From Histomonas meleagridis 2922-C6/04-290x (taxonomy: Eukaryota > Protista > Parabasalia): a DNA stretch of 64,000 nt. Below the pieces are notes generated by a model. It made no database searches, was not told where the DNA came from, and was given only the letters and a program-made list of their open reading frames with translations. This document shows, in pieces, positions 34,133 through 46,133 of the stretch; within the stretch, counting starts at the first letter, position 1, and each line of letters opens with the position of its first letter. The stretch lies in contig JAANOX010000061.1 of NCBI GenBank assembly GCA_020184695.1, positions 434,001-498,000 of the forward strand, written 5' to 3'. Made by a program: the position numbers and the translations under genes.

Positions 34133-35179
34133 TACCTTTTGTCAAATTTTCGTTCAAATTTGTGAGCAACTTTTGTATACTGTGACTGAAAGTAAGGGGT
34201 TAAATTTAACGTTGTACACATTCCCATTGAACGGCCAAATTGCACCTGATTTTCTGAATTTCTTTGTATGTAAACTATATAAATCGAAAAGTGTCATGGA
34301 AATTTTCTTTGGCAAAGTGAACTGAAATGGCATATGATATTTTGGAAAAATTCAAATGGCATTTTTTATATGACTCAATTTAACAAATAAACCGTCAAAA
34401 TTGAATGAAATTTTTGTTCAAAATTTTCCATCTTTGGAGCATGAAACCTTATATATTTCTTTTTATCAAATATTCTAAATCCAAGTTTAGCATTAATTAT
34501 ATCAAATATTCAAAATGCATTAGATTTTTAAAACATTTTCGCAATAAAATATTTTATTTTTCCAAATTAAAAACATTTTTTGTTCTTCAAGATTACTAAA
34601 TAATTTAAGATCGCATTTTTGGATAATTTAATCACGCTTTGATGTTTCGAGTTATGTTTGGGTCACCTTTGGATTTTTCAAGCGTTCAATTGCTAGATAA
34701 GTTGCAATTACAAATTGAAATTCACTTGGTTGTAAATCAGGAATTGCAATATGTGGCAAACCTTGATTCCATATACCATATAATAGTTCTTTATATGAGG
34801 ATATGGAGAAAATTTTTCAATTTTTTTAAAGCACTATGTATAATGAGATAGACTCGAAATAAAAAATTCCCGCGCAATAAACTTCAGAAAATTGAGAACC
34901 CCTTAACGTACGAGAATTTTACAATCTGACGCGACCCTTAAAATAAATACCAAATATTTTCTTTATACATTTGGTATAAATATTCAAAAAATTAGGTATA
35001 CATCTTTAGCATAAATATTTATTTTTTCTTTTTCAAGAAGCGATTTGACTAATTTTTTTGTATTTTACATTTTTAGGGAATGCATAAGTGCATTACAAAA
35101 TAATTTGATGAATTTCCAAAAATTAATTTTAAATACTAAAAATTTAATACAATTTATATAAAATTTAAATAGATATCTT

Positions 35180-35620
35180 TAACATTGCTTTAATTCCTTT
35201 CTGTTGAAGAAGCATTTTAACTATTTGAGTGGAACCACAGGAAGTTGCATGTGTAAGTGCTGATCTAATTGATTCAAATTAATTTCAAACTTTGAGTACT
35301 CAAATGATTTAGCTTTAATTGTTGAAATATTATTTCCCATGATAATTGTTTCAAATTTAGCACAACAAACAAATGTACTACATTCAATTGAAGTAACTAA
35401 ATCTTGATTTGTAATGTTTGTTTATGAAGAACAATGATCAAATAGGAAATAGCTAATTTCATTAAGTTTGTTTGGAATAATAATTCGAAAAGAAGAAAAT
35501 ATGTTATTGCTAATCGATGTAAATGAACTTGAAATTATTATAATTTTTAATTTTTTGCACCAAGAGAATACAACTCCTTCAATAGTAATTTCTAAACCAG
35601 GATATTTACCAAACCTAGGC
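35180..35620 (-). pseudogene. Fragmented BspA-like LRR segment followed by one ankyrin core
   Basis: Fragments read VTSIECSTFVCCAKFETIIMGNNISTIKAKSFEYSKFE and SALTHATSCGSTQIVKMLLQQKGIK, interrupted by stops and a frameshift. Confidence 0.55.
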
Positions 35621-35809
35621 AAGATTAAAAAGCAGTCTTTTCATTTATTGTTATTGAACTTGGATTGGTCATTTTGTTTAATGCTGAACAACTACGAATC
35701 ATATATCTTCCAATTGAAGTTAATGAATTTGGTATTATAATATCATTCAATAAAATGCAAGTTTTTTATGCTTTAATAATTTCTAATATATTTTAATTAT
35801 TTGATATCC

Positions 35810-36110
35810 ATTTTAATAATTTTGGATATGTTTTAATAATTTGAAATATGTTTTAATAATTTAAAATATTTTTTAATAATTTGAAACAGCACTTCATATA
35901 GCAGTTAGAAATAATAATATAGAAATAGTATAATTACTTTTGGATAAAGGAATTGATGCTAATGCAAAAACTATTCATTTGAATAATTTATTATATGTTT
36001 TAATAATTTTATATATGTTTTAATAATTTGAAACAGCACTTCAAATTGCACAGAAAAATGGTTACATGGAAATAGTATATTTACTTCTTGAAAAAAGTAC
36101 AAATGAAAAT
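35810..36110 (+). pseudogene. Two ankyrin cores joined by a 63-nt stop-containing linker; about 20-nt tandem repeats upstream
   Basis: The first core is FETALHIAVRNNNIEIV*LLLDKGIDANAK. The linker at 35970-36032 ends TAA TAA TTT GAA, and the next core starts TALQIAQKNGYMEIVYLLLEK. TATGTTTTAATAATTT-like units repeat at 35810-35885. Confidence 0.7.
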
Positions 36111-36648
36111 TTTAATTCAGATTCTTCTTCGATAAACATAAAATCTTCATTTTCAATAAGAAATGTAGCATGTATCGCTCATAAGCAAAGTCAACTCGAA
36201 GATCAAATGTTGGTAGAAAACATTAGAAAGAAAAGTATCAAAGCAAAAGTTGATACAAGCATACAAACATATGAAAATCATTAAAATCGCGATGTATATA
36301 CATTATACATTTTACCTATTTACAAATATGTTGACATAAAAACTTCAAAAAATTGTTGTAAACAACATGACAAAAATCATGCAGAATTTTTAATAATAAT
36401 CTTTTTGGTTTCATTTATTTTGATATCAGCACTTGTCATTACTAAATTCCGTCTTTCAAGGACATCTTTTAAATAGAATTATTTAACTCAAAACGTCTCG
36501 TGTCCAAATTGGTCAAAATAAGTACAGAAGATTTAAACTTTTCGATTGTAAATTTTATGAAATTTTACACATGAGATAAAGTTTTATTAAACAGATTGCA
36601 ACTTATTCAAATCTTAAGACAGTTTTCCAATAATATCACTTTTATTCT

Positions 36649-37635
36649 ATGTCAGTTTCTTACAAAGAACTTGGATTGGTTAATACCAAAGAACTCTTTG
36701 CTAAATCCATTAATGGTGGCTATGCAATTCCAGGGTACAACTTTTCTCAAATGGAACAATTACAAGCAATAATTACTGCTTGCGTACAAACCGAATCACC
36801 AGTAATCTTACAAATATCTGCTGGCGCAAGACGTTATGCAAATTCAACAATGTTAAGGTATATGGCAAAAGGTGCTGTAGAATTCGCACGTGAAATCCAT
36901 CCTGAGCATAAGCTTATACCAATTGTCTTACACTTAGATCACGGCGATTCATTCGAACTCTGTAAGAGTTGTATCGAAAACGGTTTTTCTTCGGTTATGA
37001 TCGACGGTTCGCATCTTCCGTATGAAGAAAACATCAAACTCACAAAGAAGGTTGTAGACTTTGCGCACTCACAGCCAAACTATGTTACCGTCGAAGGTGA
37101 ACTTGGAATCTTAGCAGGTGTCGAAGATGATGTTGTTGCAGAAACTCATACATATACAAAACCTGAAGAAGTTCAAGACTTTGTAAATAGGACAGGAGTG
37201 GATTCTCTTGCAATTGCTATTGGTACTTCCCATGGAGCTTATAAATTCCCACCTGGTACAAAAGCTGAAATAAGATTGGATATTTTGCATGAAATTGAAA
37301 AGAAGTTACCTGGATTCCCTATTGTCTTACATGGATCTTCTTCAATTCCTATGGATTATGTCGAAATGATCAATAAGTATGGTGGAAAGATGATGGACGC
37401 TGTAGGAGTATCTGAAAAGCAAATCAGGGAAGCCACAAAATCTGCCGTATGTAAGGTGAATATCGATTCCGATGCAAGAATCGTTTTGACAGGAACAATT
37501 CGAAGATTGTTTAGCGAACATCCTGATTGGTTCGATCCTCGCCAATACTTAGGTGAGGGAAGGGCAAAGCTCATTGAGTTATATTCTAGGAAGAATGTCG
37601 AAGTTCTTGGATCTGCTGGTCATGCATTTGACTAA
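36649..37635 (+). CDS. FBA: Fructose-1,6-bisphosphate aldolase, class II (bacterial type)
   Basis: IVLHLDHG, SSVMIDGSHLPYEENI, VEGELG, AIGTSHGAYK, IVLHGSS, KVNIDSD. Confidence 0.97.
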   Translation: MSVSYKELGLVNTKELFAKSINGGYAIPGYNFSQMEQLQAIITACVQTESPVILQISAGARRYANSTMLRYMAKGAVEFAREIHPEHKLIPIVLHLDHGDSFELCKSCIENGFSSVMIDGSHLPYEENIKLTKKVVDFAHSQPNYVTVEGELGILAGVEDDVVAETHTYTKPEEVQDFVNRTGVDSLAIAIGTSHGAYKFPPGTKAEIRLDILHEIEKKLPGFPIVLHGSSSIPMDYVEMINKYGGKMMDAVGVSEKQIREATKSAVCKVNIDSDARIVLTGTIRRLFSEHPDWFDPRQYLGEGRAKLIELYSRKNVEVLGSAGHAFD

Positions 37636-37761
37636 GTAAAAATCAACTTCACCAACATTTATAATGAATAACCATAATATGTTTCGCAGTTAAACATTTG
37701 TTTCCTGAACAGATAAGTTTGAATCCATAAAAAAGTTTTTCGAAAATTTGTTCGATTAAAA

Positions 37762-38895
37762 ATGACACCAAAAGTGACAAATAATATGACTGACATACAA
37801 ACAATTATCAAAGGCGAAAACCCATCAGCAAACTTAAAGAATTATCTTCTTGGTCTTATTAAAGCTAACGATGCTGCTAAATATAAGGATGCTTTCGATT
37901 ACTTAATTGAACAAAGAATTTTACCTGAAATCACCAATGATGCAGTCAATGAAGTTGCAAAAACTGTTAAAAGTCTTAGCTCCGATTTGAAGCCAGATTT
38001 TATGTTTCCACTCTTAAAGTACATAGAATCTTTCAACGCATTCCAGAATCTTTATCAAGAATTAAGAGCAATTTTCATAAGTGCTTGTGAAGAAACTAAG
38101 AAGTACTATGATTTAGCCAAGTTTTATGATGGTGAACCTTATGATCTTGATTCACATGGAGAATGGGAACAACTTGAACACTTCTTATTAATAGGTGAAA
38201 CATACCTTAAGGCACACTATAAGGATAATGCTTATGCCTGTTTGAACAAGGCTCTCAAATACATATTTAGATTAAGAACACCTAAACAATACCTTGAGCG
38301 CTTCGATGCACTTAGGGCCGGTGTCAGCGTCGAAAGAGGAGACTTTCTTTTAGCATCTCAATCATATTATCAACTTTCCACTTATACACGAAATAATCCA
38401 CAAAGACCACTTCACCTTGCCATTGTTTATGGAATCTTAGCTCCTCCGAGCATGCCACGTAATAACCACTTTGCTAGAATGCTTGCCAATGAAAAGACAG
38501 AATCTGTTCCAATAAGTAATCTCCTCAAAATTTTCACTCAGAACAAACTTATCACTGGAGAAAAGATCAACGAAATCGAAAATGAGCTTAAGAACGAGCA
38601 TTGCTTTGACAAGGCAAAACTTGATTTATCTATTCAAACTCATAATCTTGAATGCATCTCAAAGTTGTTCTCATCCATCAGTTTAGATAGGCTCTCGCAA
38701 TTAATTGGATGTAAGGTCGATGAGGTTATTGATAGAATGAGTTTGGTCCAATCTAAAACTGTCGAAACAATTATCGATCAACCAAGCAAAATGGTACTTT
38801 TCCGCTCATTAATACCTAAGTCTGAAATCAAGGATAGATCCATCGAGAAGTATTGTAAAACAGTATCTCAAATTGCTGGAAAACTTCCAAAATAA
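37762..38895 (+). CDS. PCI-domain protein, COP9 signalosome subunit 4-like
   Basis: FLLASQSYYQLS, AIVYGILAPPSMPRNNHFARML, and the C-terminal PCI HNLECISKLFSSISLDRLSQLIG...IIDQPSKMVLF. Confidence 0.75.
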   Translation: MTPKVTNNMTDIQTIIKGENPSANLKNYLLGLIKANDAAKYKDAFDYLIEQRILPEITNDAVNEVAKTVKSLSSDLKPDFMFPLLKYIESFNAFQNLYQELRAIFISACEETKKYYDLAKFYDGEPYDLDSHGEWEQLEHFLLIGETYLKAHYKDNAYACLNKALKYIFRLRTPKQYLERFDALRAGVSVERGDFLLASQSYYQLSTYTRNNPQRPLHLAIVYGILAPPSMPRNNHFARMLANEKTESVPISNLLKIFTQNKLITGEKINEIENELKNEHCFDKAKLDLSIQTHNLECISKLFSSISLDRLSQLIGCKVDEVIDRMSLVQSKTVETIIDQPSKMVLFRSLIPKSEIKDRSIEKYCKTVSQIAGKLPK

Positions 38896-39556
38896 AAATT
38901 AATTCAAAGAACTTTTTGATTAGAACGATTATTTTATATTCAATATTTCTGAAATTTCTGAATTTTAATGTGGCATTTTTTAAGAACAATATTGATTCAA
39001 AAATTTATTCAACACATGGGTTAAGGGACAATAGATTGCTACTTTATGATCAGACAAGAAAAGTGGCAATTGTACTGAGTAAAGAATTGTTGAATTACGA
39101 AAAATAAAAGATAATTCTCAAATTAAGTGTTTGATAAGATTTATGGTGAAAATAATATTGAAACTAAACACAATAATAAACATATTTAATTCTAATATTT
39201 TCCAACAATATATATTATAACACATATAAACTTTTACAATAATTATTATTTATATGATAAATTCAAAAAATTTGTACATTAATCAAATATATCGTTCACC
39301 TAAACATTTAATAATTAGAATGAAATGAGAAAAATTAGGGGAAAAAAGAAAAGAAAATATGGAAAAAAAGAATCATTTGGATTTAAATCCATTAATGGAT
39401 AAAAAACAATGAAAAAAATCTTGAGGCAAAATGATCATTTTCGGAGTGATATCACAATTGTATTGAATTTATTCAAAATATTCTTTTCAAAATATTATAT
39501 GAGATTGGTGAACAATCGGACTGAATCATCAATTGGTTCCCCCACATAATCCCCTT

Positions 39557-41941
39557 ATGGAATCAAATGAAACCTGCCAAGAAATGGTTTCTTTTGGTAT
39601 TCCTGTTCGTTTATTTTCACCAGAAATTCAAAAATTCCAAAAAGTACTTATTGTTAATTCAATCCGCTCTTTTACTAATCAAGAAAATGCACTTTTAGAA
39701 TCACCAACAGGAAAAGACAGAAAAACCACAATATTAGCATCTGCACTTTCATATCAAAATTATTTAAAGAATACAAATTTCCAAGAAAATAAAATTAATG
39801 GTAGCACAGAACTAAATACAATTCCAAAAATATGGATGACAGCTACCAACTTTCCACAGCTAAGCCAACTTATTCATGAACTAAAGAAAATAAAAATTGA
39901 TTCAAGAATTGGATTTATATGCAATAAAAAAACTCTTTGCGTAAACTCCGCTGCATTTAGATCAAAAATGCCTTGCGAGAATTCCGGATGTAATTTTTTA
40001 ATTCCAAAAGAAATTCCATTAGATTTACTTGAAAGCAATTTTTCATATAAATACGACATCGAAGACCTTATTGACTATGGGAAATGTAATAACATTTGTC
40101 CATATCATCTTTCTAGATTGCTTCTTCAAAAAGCTGAATTAATATTTACAACCAATCAAATTTTTCTTAATAACAATTTACCTTTGTCCACATCTAATGA
40201 TATATTAATAATGGATGATGCTGATTATGTCATAGAAAAATCATTAGAATTATCTTCGTTTTATACAACAAAAGGAAAAATCACCAAAATACTAAATTCT
40301 TTAGAGAAACTAACAAACAAAAGCCAATCTCTTCAAGAAGTAATCCAATTTATCCAACGGATTTCTGATTGGTTTGTTTCATGGTTAAACGGTCTTCGTT
40401 TTTCACGTGAGGAAATGTTAATTGAAAATGACATTTTTGAAGTTTTCCAAAACAAGTGGGAATTAACAATGTCTGTTCGAAATTCGCTTGACAACTTTTT
40501 AAGGCAAAATAACGAACCCATTTCAGAGAACACATTTAATTTTTTGAATTCATTAAATTCAATACTCACGTTAACATCCAAAAATAATAATGAATACAAA
40601 GATTCTTTTAAATTAATAATTGAAACAACTGAAAATGAAAATGAAGATGAGTTAGGTATATTATGTCTTGATTCTTCCATTTTATTTAAGATGCTTACAA
40701 ATCAATTTCATTCAATTATATTAACATCAGATTCATTATCTCCAATGGAAATATATCCAAATGAATTAAAGACACAATTTCCAATACAAATCTCCACATT
40801 ACATAAAATCGATCCGACACAAATTTGTAGTTTTATTATCACAAATTCGATGAATGGAATTATCTTTGATTCGACCAAAGAATATAATAATGAAGAAATC
40901 CAAAATTTATTTATTGGATTTGGTTCTACATTTGAATATCTATTACCTAATATACCAAATGGTATAATATTTTATTTACCGAATCATAAAATTATATATC
41001 AAATGATAAAATTTTGGGAGAAAACGAAAATCATTAAAACGTTACAAAACATCAAACAAATATTTTTCACGAACAAAAACAATTGTTTTGAAGTACGTGA
41101 AACATTTAAAAAGAACATATCTAAAGGCATTTCAAGTTTATTAATTGATGTATTTAATAATGATATTAATAATTATTCGAAAGTTAATACAATTTTTATA
41201 TATGGAATACCAAACATTAAAAATAAAAATATAAAACTTCAACGACAATATAATACAGAAAGTGAATTTTATGAATTATATTCATTACAAAAGATTACGA
41301 AAATATTAAATTCTTTCTTCGATAAAATGGATAAATATGGAACAATAATATTTTGTGATAAACAATATTATCAATATATAAATCATTTCCCTCAATGGTT
41401 ATCTTCATCATTTAAGTTAAATAATGGAATTTCAGACGTGTTACAAAACATTATAACATTTTTTAATGAGATGAAACAAAAATTTCCTCAAAAAATTAAA
41501 TTCGTTATTGGAACTGATTTAAAGTTTTCATGTTTAAATTGTAATAATATAATAATCGAAATTCCTTCAATTGAAACAAATGAAAGTGTTTATGTTCATG
41601 AAAGAGATTTAATAAATTTGTTACATATTGATATAAATGAAGATCGAAATTGTATATTCGTTGGAAGACAAATGAAAAAATTTTTATATTGTCAAATAAT
41701 ACAAAAAAATATTTTTTGTAAAATTGATAAAAAATGTTATCAATTAATTAAATGTAATAATTGTAATAGAGTTTTGGGTGTTGTTATTAAGGCAACAACT
41801 TCGGATTACATATATCAAATAGATGGAGTCTTGTTGCTGTTGTCCAGAATAAAGAAAATGGAAAATGATAAAATAAAAATTGTTGAGAAAAAGAAGAAAA
41901 AGAAAACAAATGTGAAGGGACAAACAAAGATTAAATTCTGA
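39557..41941 (+). CDS. Rad3/XPD-FANCJ-RTEL1 family helicase-like protein with degenerate ATPase motifs and a C-terminal Cys-pair zinc-binding domain
   Basis: Q-motif-like RLFSPEIQ, ALLESPTGKDRKT, Fe-S region LCVN...C..C...CPY, IMDDAD, SIILTSDSLSP, and C-terminal CLNC...CNNC. The first ATG is at 39557. Confidence 0.8.
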   Translation: MESNETCQEMVSFGIPVRLFSPEIQKFQKVLIVNSIRSFTNQENALLESPTGKDRKTTILASALSYQNYLKNTNFQENKINGSTELNTIPKIWMTATNFPQLSQLIHELKKIKIDSRIGFICNKKTLCVNSAAFRSKMPCENSGCNFLIPKEIPLDLLESNFSYKYDIEDLIDYGKCNNICPYHLSRLLLQKAELIFTTNQIFLNNNLPLSTSNDILIMDDADYVIEKSLELSSFYTTKGKITKILNSLEKLTNKSQSLQEVIQFIQRISDWFVSWLNGLRFSREEMLIENDIFEVFQNKWELTMSVRNSLDNFLRQNNEPISENTFNFLNSLNSILTLTSKNNNEYKDSFKLIIETTENENEDELGILCLDSSILFKMLTNQFHSIILTSDSLSPMEIYPNELKTQFPIQISTLHKIDPTQICSFIITNSMNGIIFDSTKEYNNEEIQNLFIGFGSTFEYLLPNIPNGIIFYLPNHKIIYQMIKFWEKTKIIKTLQNIKQIFFTNKNNCFEVRETFKKNISKGISSLLIDVFNNDINNYSKVNTIFIYGIPNIKNKNIKLQRQYNTESEFYELYSLQKITKILNSFFDKMDKYGTIIFCDKQYYQYINHFPQWLSSSFKLNNGISDVLQNIITFFNEMKQKFPQKIKFVIGTDLKFSCLNCNNIIIEIPSIETNESVYVHERDLINLLHIDINEDRNCIFVGRQMKKFLYCQIIQKNIFCKIDKKCYQLIKCNNCNRVLGVVIKATTSDYIYQIDGVLLLLSRIKKMENDKIKIVEKKKKKKTNVKGQTKIKF

Positions 41942-42404
41942 TGTAAAATGTTTTTAATGATATAAATAAAAATTTTATTAATTGTTATTCCATATGCAAA
42001 TGAAATAAATATTTGTTTTGTAACAGAAGAATTATGATAAGTAACTGACACTTGTACATGTGTTACTAAACATTTATCACAGAAATTTTTAGGATTTAAC
42101 ACATACATATACAGAAATAAATGTTTGCTTTGTAACAGAAGAAAAAATAAAAAAGTATTTTATGCTCCATAAAATAAATGCATTGAATGATAGTGTTAAT
42201 CTTTATATAAATGTGCTATATGACATACGTATCATATTACACAAGCAAATTCTGTGTTTTGAAACAAGTAATTACTAACATAAGTGGTACTTTAGTTAAA
42301 ATTACACATAATTGAGCAGCTCAATAATTTTTAAAAGAAAGAACAAAAAACATAAAATGATTTACACTCAGAACAGACTATATTTTATTATATATTTATC
42401 TAAA

Positions 42405-43499
42405 TTACATTTGCACAATGAATTTATCTTCTTTGAAGTCATTTGCAAAAGGATCTTCTTCAATATTTGAAATAGATATTCCTGTTGTGAATGTGTTTGT
42501 AGTTTGGTTGTTATCATTTTGTTGTTCTGAAAATTCATTTTCAGCTATTTCTTCTTTTTTATTTTTAATTCGAATCAATAATATAATAAGTAATGAAATT
42601 ATAATAATAATAATAACAATCACACAAACAATTATTATAATAATTGTTGTTTTATTATCATTTGTTTGAAATTCATTACTGTAAATAAATGTAAAGAAGT
42701 TCGAATAATAATTGTAATATGTCGAATAAATAATAACTGTGGAATCATAATAAATATATTCTGTTTCAATATAAATATTCGATGAATTAATTATAATTAG
42801 TGAAAGTGATTTCGTTTGTATTTCATAATAAGTAAATGAATGTGTAATAGATAATGTGATCGTTAATAAATATGAAAAAGATTTCGTTAAATCAAATGTT
42901 GTGCTTTCATATGTTGAATATGTTATAACTGTCGTAGTAACATTATAAAATGCATTTTCGCCAAGATATGGTTCCTGATCACCATAATAATAAATACATT
43001 CAAGGAAATAACAATTACCAAATGATGAATCGCCAATTTCTTTTATTCCAGAGCCAAGTGTTAATATTCTTAAATTGAAACATGATGAAAATGCTGAACC
43101 ACCAATTGTTGTAACTGAATTTCTAAATTGTAATTGATGAACATAATGAAAATGATGAACCGCCAATTTGTGTAACATTTTCCCAAAAAATAATCGTTTC
43201 TAAATGTGAACATTTTATTAACACATAAACTCCAATATACATTATAGAATTACCAAAATTAACTGAAATAACTGTTGGCCATTCTATAAATTACCTGGAA
43301 TGGAATAAATTCCTTCACCAATATTTATAAATTGCGTGATGTTTTTATATTCTTCAATTTCTTTAAAATCATTTGTGTTTGTTATTGTTAATGTTAAATT
43401 TTTATGATCATAAAATATTTGAAAAGAATTTATGAAAAATACAACAAAAATTATAATATTTTTATGTTTTTTCTTTTCGATTGTTTTCAGTTTGTCCAT
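42405..43499 (-). pseudogene. BspA-like leucine-rich-repeat surface protein with TM and an acidic tail, broken by stops or frameshifts in the 5' half
   Basis: TpLRR-type repeats (VTTIGGSAFSSCFNLRILTLGSGIKEIGDSSFGNC; IIFGKNVTQIGGSSFSLC), TM IIIIIVCVIVIIIIIISLLIILLI, tail EEDPFANDFKEDKF. Confidence 0.8.
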
Positions 43500-43512
43500 T
43501 AAAAATTTAATT

Positions 43513-43908
43513 TCAAAAAATAATAAAAATCCCGGATATTTTCAAAATAGAAATGTTATACATCAGAACTTGAATAGCTTCAATGAATTTGAACATTTTC
43601 TTTATGGAAGTGTTAATCATTGAAATTGCTAAATGTGCTTTTAATGAAAAATGATTAAGAACTAAAGAAAAGATTTTGAAATAATGTTTAACATATGAAA
43701 TCGGTAATTCTAACAAAGGGAAATGCCAATGATATTTTCCTGAACTAATATTAAATATGTCAGATTCTTTATCTTTTAGCATAATAAAATTTGGATTCGC
43801 TTTTTCATGGGATGAGAATGAAAAGCAGATATCCCCTTTGGATTTTGATATAGGACAAATAGAGTGTTTGAAAGTTTGAAAAATAGATAATTGATCCATA
43901 TTTTCCAT
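43513..43908 (-). CDS. Hypothetical protein (131 aa), divergent from RPS13
   Basis: ATG-started ORF with mixed composition, 128 bp from the RPS13 start. No family recognised. Confidence 0.5.
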   Translation of the reverse strand: MENMDQLSIFQTFKHSICPISKSKGDICFSFSSHEKANPNFIMLKDKESDIFNISSGKYHWHFPLLELPISYVKHYFKIFSLVLNHFSLKAHLAISMINTSIKKMFKFIEAIQVLMYNISILKISGIFIIF

Positions 43909-43995
43909 ATTCCTTCATTTGTTAATTTGTAACTCAGTAATCTTAGTAAAATATTATTTATTCGCTATTTTTCTCCTTGACAAAACCTAAAAGCA

Positions 43996-44030
43996 GCCGT
44001 TAAAAATAATCGGCGGTTTGGTCTTCCCTT
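43996..44030 (+). promoter_or_regulatory. Trichomonad core-promoter motifs: M3-like (GCCGTTA 43996-44002, GCGGTTT 44013-44019) and M5-like pyrimidine (CCCTT 44026-44030)
   Basis: They match T. vaginalis M3 (RCSGTT) and M5 (CCTTT) elements, described for ribosomal-protein genes, immediately upstream of the RPS13 ATG. Confidence 0.55.
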
Positions 44031-44036
44031 ATCCAA

Positions 44037-44492
44037 ATGGGTCGCCTTCACTCTCCAGGCAAAGGTATTTCAGGATCAACAATTCCATACCGCAGAACAG
44101 CTCCACATTGGCTCCAACTTTCAGGTGAAAATGTTGTCCAACTTATTTGCGATTATGCAAAGAAAGGAATCAGACCATCACAAATTGGTGAAAAACTTCG
44201 TGATAGCCATGGTGTTGGTCAAGTTCGTGCAGTTACGGGTAACAAAGTTCTTCGCATTCTCAAAGCCAACGGATTAGCTCCAGCTCTTCCTGAGGAATTA
44301 TATTATTTAATCAAAAAAGCAGTCAATGTTCGCAAGCACCTTGAAAGGTCTAACCACGACATTGATGGCAAATATCGTCTCATCCTCATTGAAAGTCGTA
44401 TCCATCGTCTTGCACGTTATTATAAATCAAGGCGTATAATTGCACCAAATTGGAAATACAATGCTCAAACAGCATCTGCTCTTACTGCTTAA
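44037..44492 (+). CDS. RPS13: 40S ribosomal protein S13 (uS15)
   Basis: [14 protein letters not shown]...[19 protein letters not shown]...WKY. Confidence 0.98.
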   Translation: MGRLHSPGKGISGSTIPYRRTAPHWLQLSGENVVQLICDYAKKGIRPSQIGEKLRDSHGVGQVRAVTGNKVLRILKANGLAPALPEELYYLIKKAVNVRKHLERSNHDIDGKYRLILIESRIHRLARYYKSRRIIAPNWKYNAQTASALTA

Positions 44493-44555
44493 ACTTTTTT
44501 TTTCAACAATTTTTTTTGGAGTACCAATTGAATGGAAATTGCGGTTATTATCACA

Positions 44556-46133
44556 ATGAACCCCAAAGATGTTGCTTTGCTCGTTTCTGAGTTTTAAAAT
44601 TCAACCGATGATCAAGAGCATAGAAAACTTATAGAGCAACAATTAAATGCAATAAAATCAGATACTTCAAATATAGGAATTGCATTTGAACTTTTAAATA
44701 ATTATTCAGATCCCTCAATAAATATGTTTGGCCTTTGCATAATTGATACAGCTATAACAGAATATTGGACACCCAAAACATTAAGTCCTAATTCTGATAA
44801 TATTGAATCTTCAACAAAACTTCAAATTCGTAATTTTTTTGTTGATTGTCTCATGAACAAAGCATTTGTGCTTAATGAAGTTCTAACAAATTTTGTTTTG
44901 AATATGATTGTTACGTTAATGATAAATGATTTCTCCAACGAAGGTACATTTTGGATATCATTTTTCAACGAAAATATAGCAACCAAAGAGAAAAACCCTA
45001 CTGTAATACAGCTTTTCAAATTATTTTCTGATAAGCTCCAACCAACAAAAGATAGCATATACCACAAAACAAAATTGGATATCCAGCAATACTTTAGTTC
45101 AAGGCCTCAAATAATATCTCAAATTGTTAATGTTCTTAAAGATGAAAACCAAAGTAATCAAATCGATATCCTAGCTATTGATCTCTTAAAATCGATTGTA
45201 CAATGGGTTCCATTTAGTGCCATGTCACTCGATTTGATTGAAATCCTTATTAATTATTCTCAAAAAAAGCACAATGATATTGCTTTAGAAGCCAACAAGT
45301 GTCTTTTCGAGTTTTTTTCTCGCACTGATACGCTTTCCGATTTTACTGATGATTTTTATATTCCATTTTTGAGGGATGTTTTTACTTTCTTCGACACAGA
45401 ATTCTCTTTAATTGGAACTGATCAAGTTACAGATGAATATGTCAAATCATTGGTACGCACTTTTTTGCCTTTTGCCTCGAATTACTTCTTCAAACAAGAC
45501 TCTTACTACGAAACTCTTGTAACCGATTTTCTATCAAAATATGAGAAGATTACATGGCGGTTATACGAGGCGCCCTATTTTCCAAAAGTGCTCAAGAGTT
45601 GGTATAAATTGTGTTTAAATCCAATTTCCAAAAAGTATAAAATATATTTTCAAACTCTAATTGATAATTTGATAAATATATTGATTAATCCACGAAAGCA
45701 ATTGAATTGTATGATTGAAGTTAATAGTAAATTTAATCAGAAGGTAGAAATTATTTTTAGCATTATTAGTTTAGATTTTTGTCCAAATACATTTAATATG
45801 CCCATGTATAATGCAATTTCTAAAGCTGTAGAGCTCTACTAAGACAATTTGCGTTATCACAATTTTCTCAATCAGATGATTATGAAAAAGTTTTTAATGA
45901 ATTACTTAGAACATGATAAAAAAGCTTTTACTGAATTTATTTCGGAATTATATAATAAAAATCCTAATTTCATCGAAAAAATATTATATCAATTCATTAA
46001 AAATTTACAAATCTCTCAACAAGATAAGGAAATATTGGAAAATTCATCTGGATCGTTAAATGATATTGATGAATTGAAGTTTCAACAAAAGTTTAAGGAT
46101 TTCGTTAATGATGTTCAGTATTTAATGGACTGA
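44556..46133 (+). pseudogene. Exportin-1/CRM1-like (importin-beta superfamily) reading frame with two in-frame TAA codons
   Basis: A single frame runs from ATG 44556 through TAA 44595-44597 and TAA 45840-45842 to TGA 46133. Motifs include FVLNMIVTLMINDFSNEGTFWISFF and LKSIVQWVP. Confidence 0.65.

Noticed and set aside
36649-37635. Bacterial-type class II aldolase as a novel horizontal transfer or contamination
   Set aside because: This enzyme type is established in trichomonads, and it sits among eukaryotic genes with the same composition.
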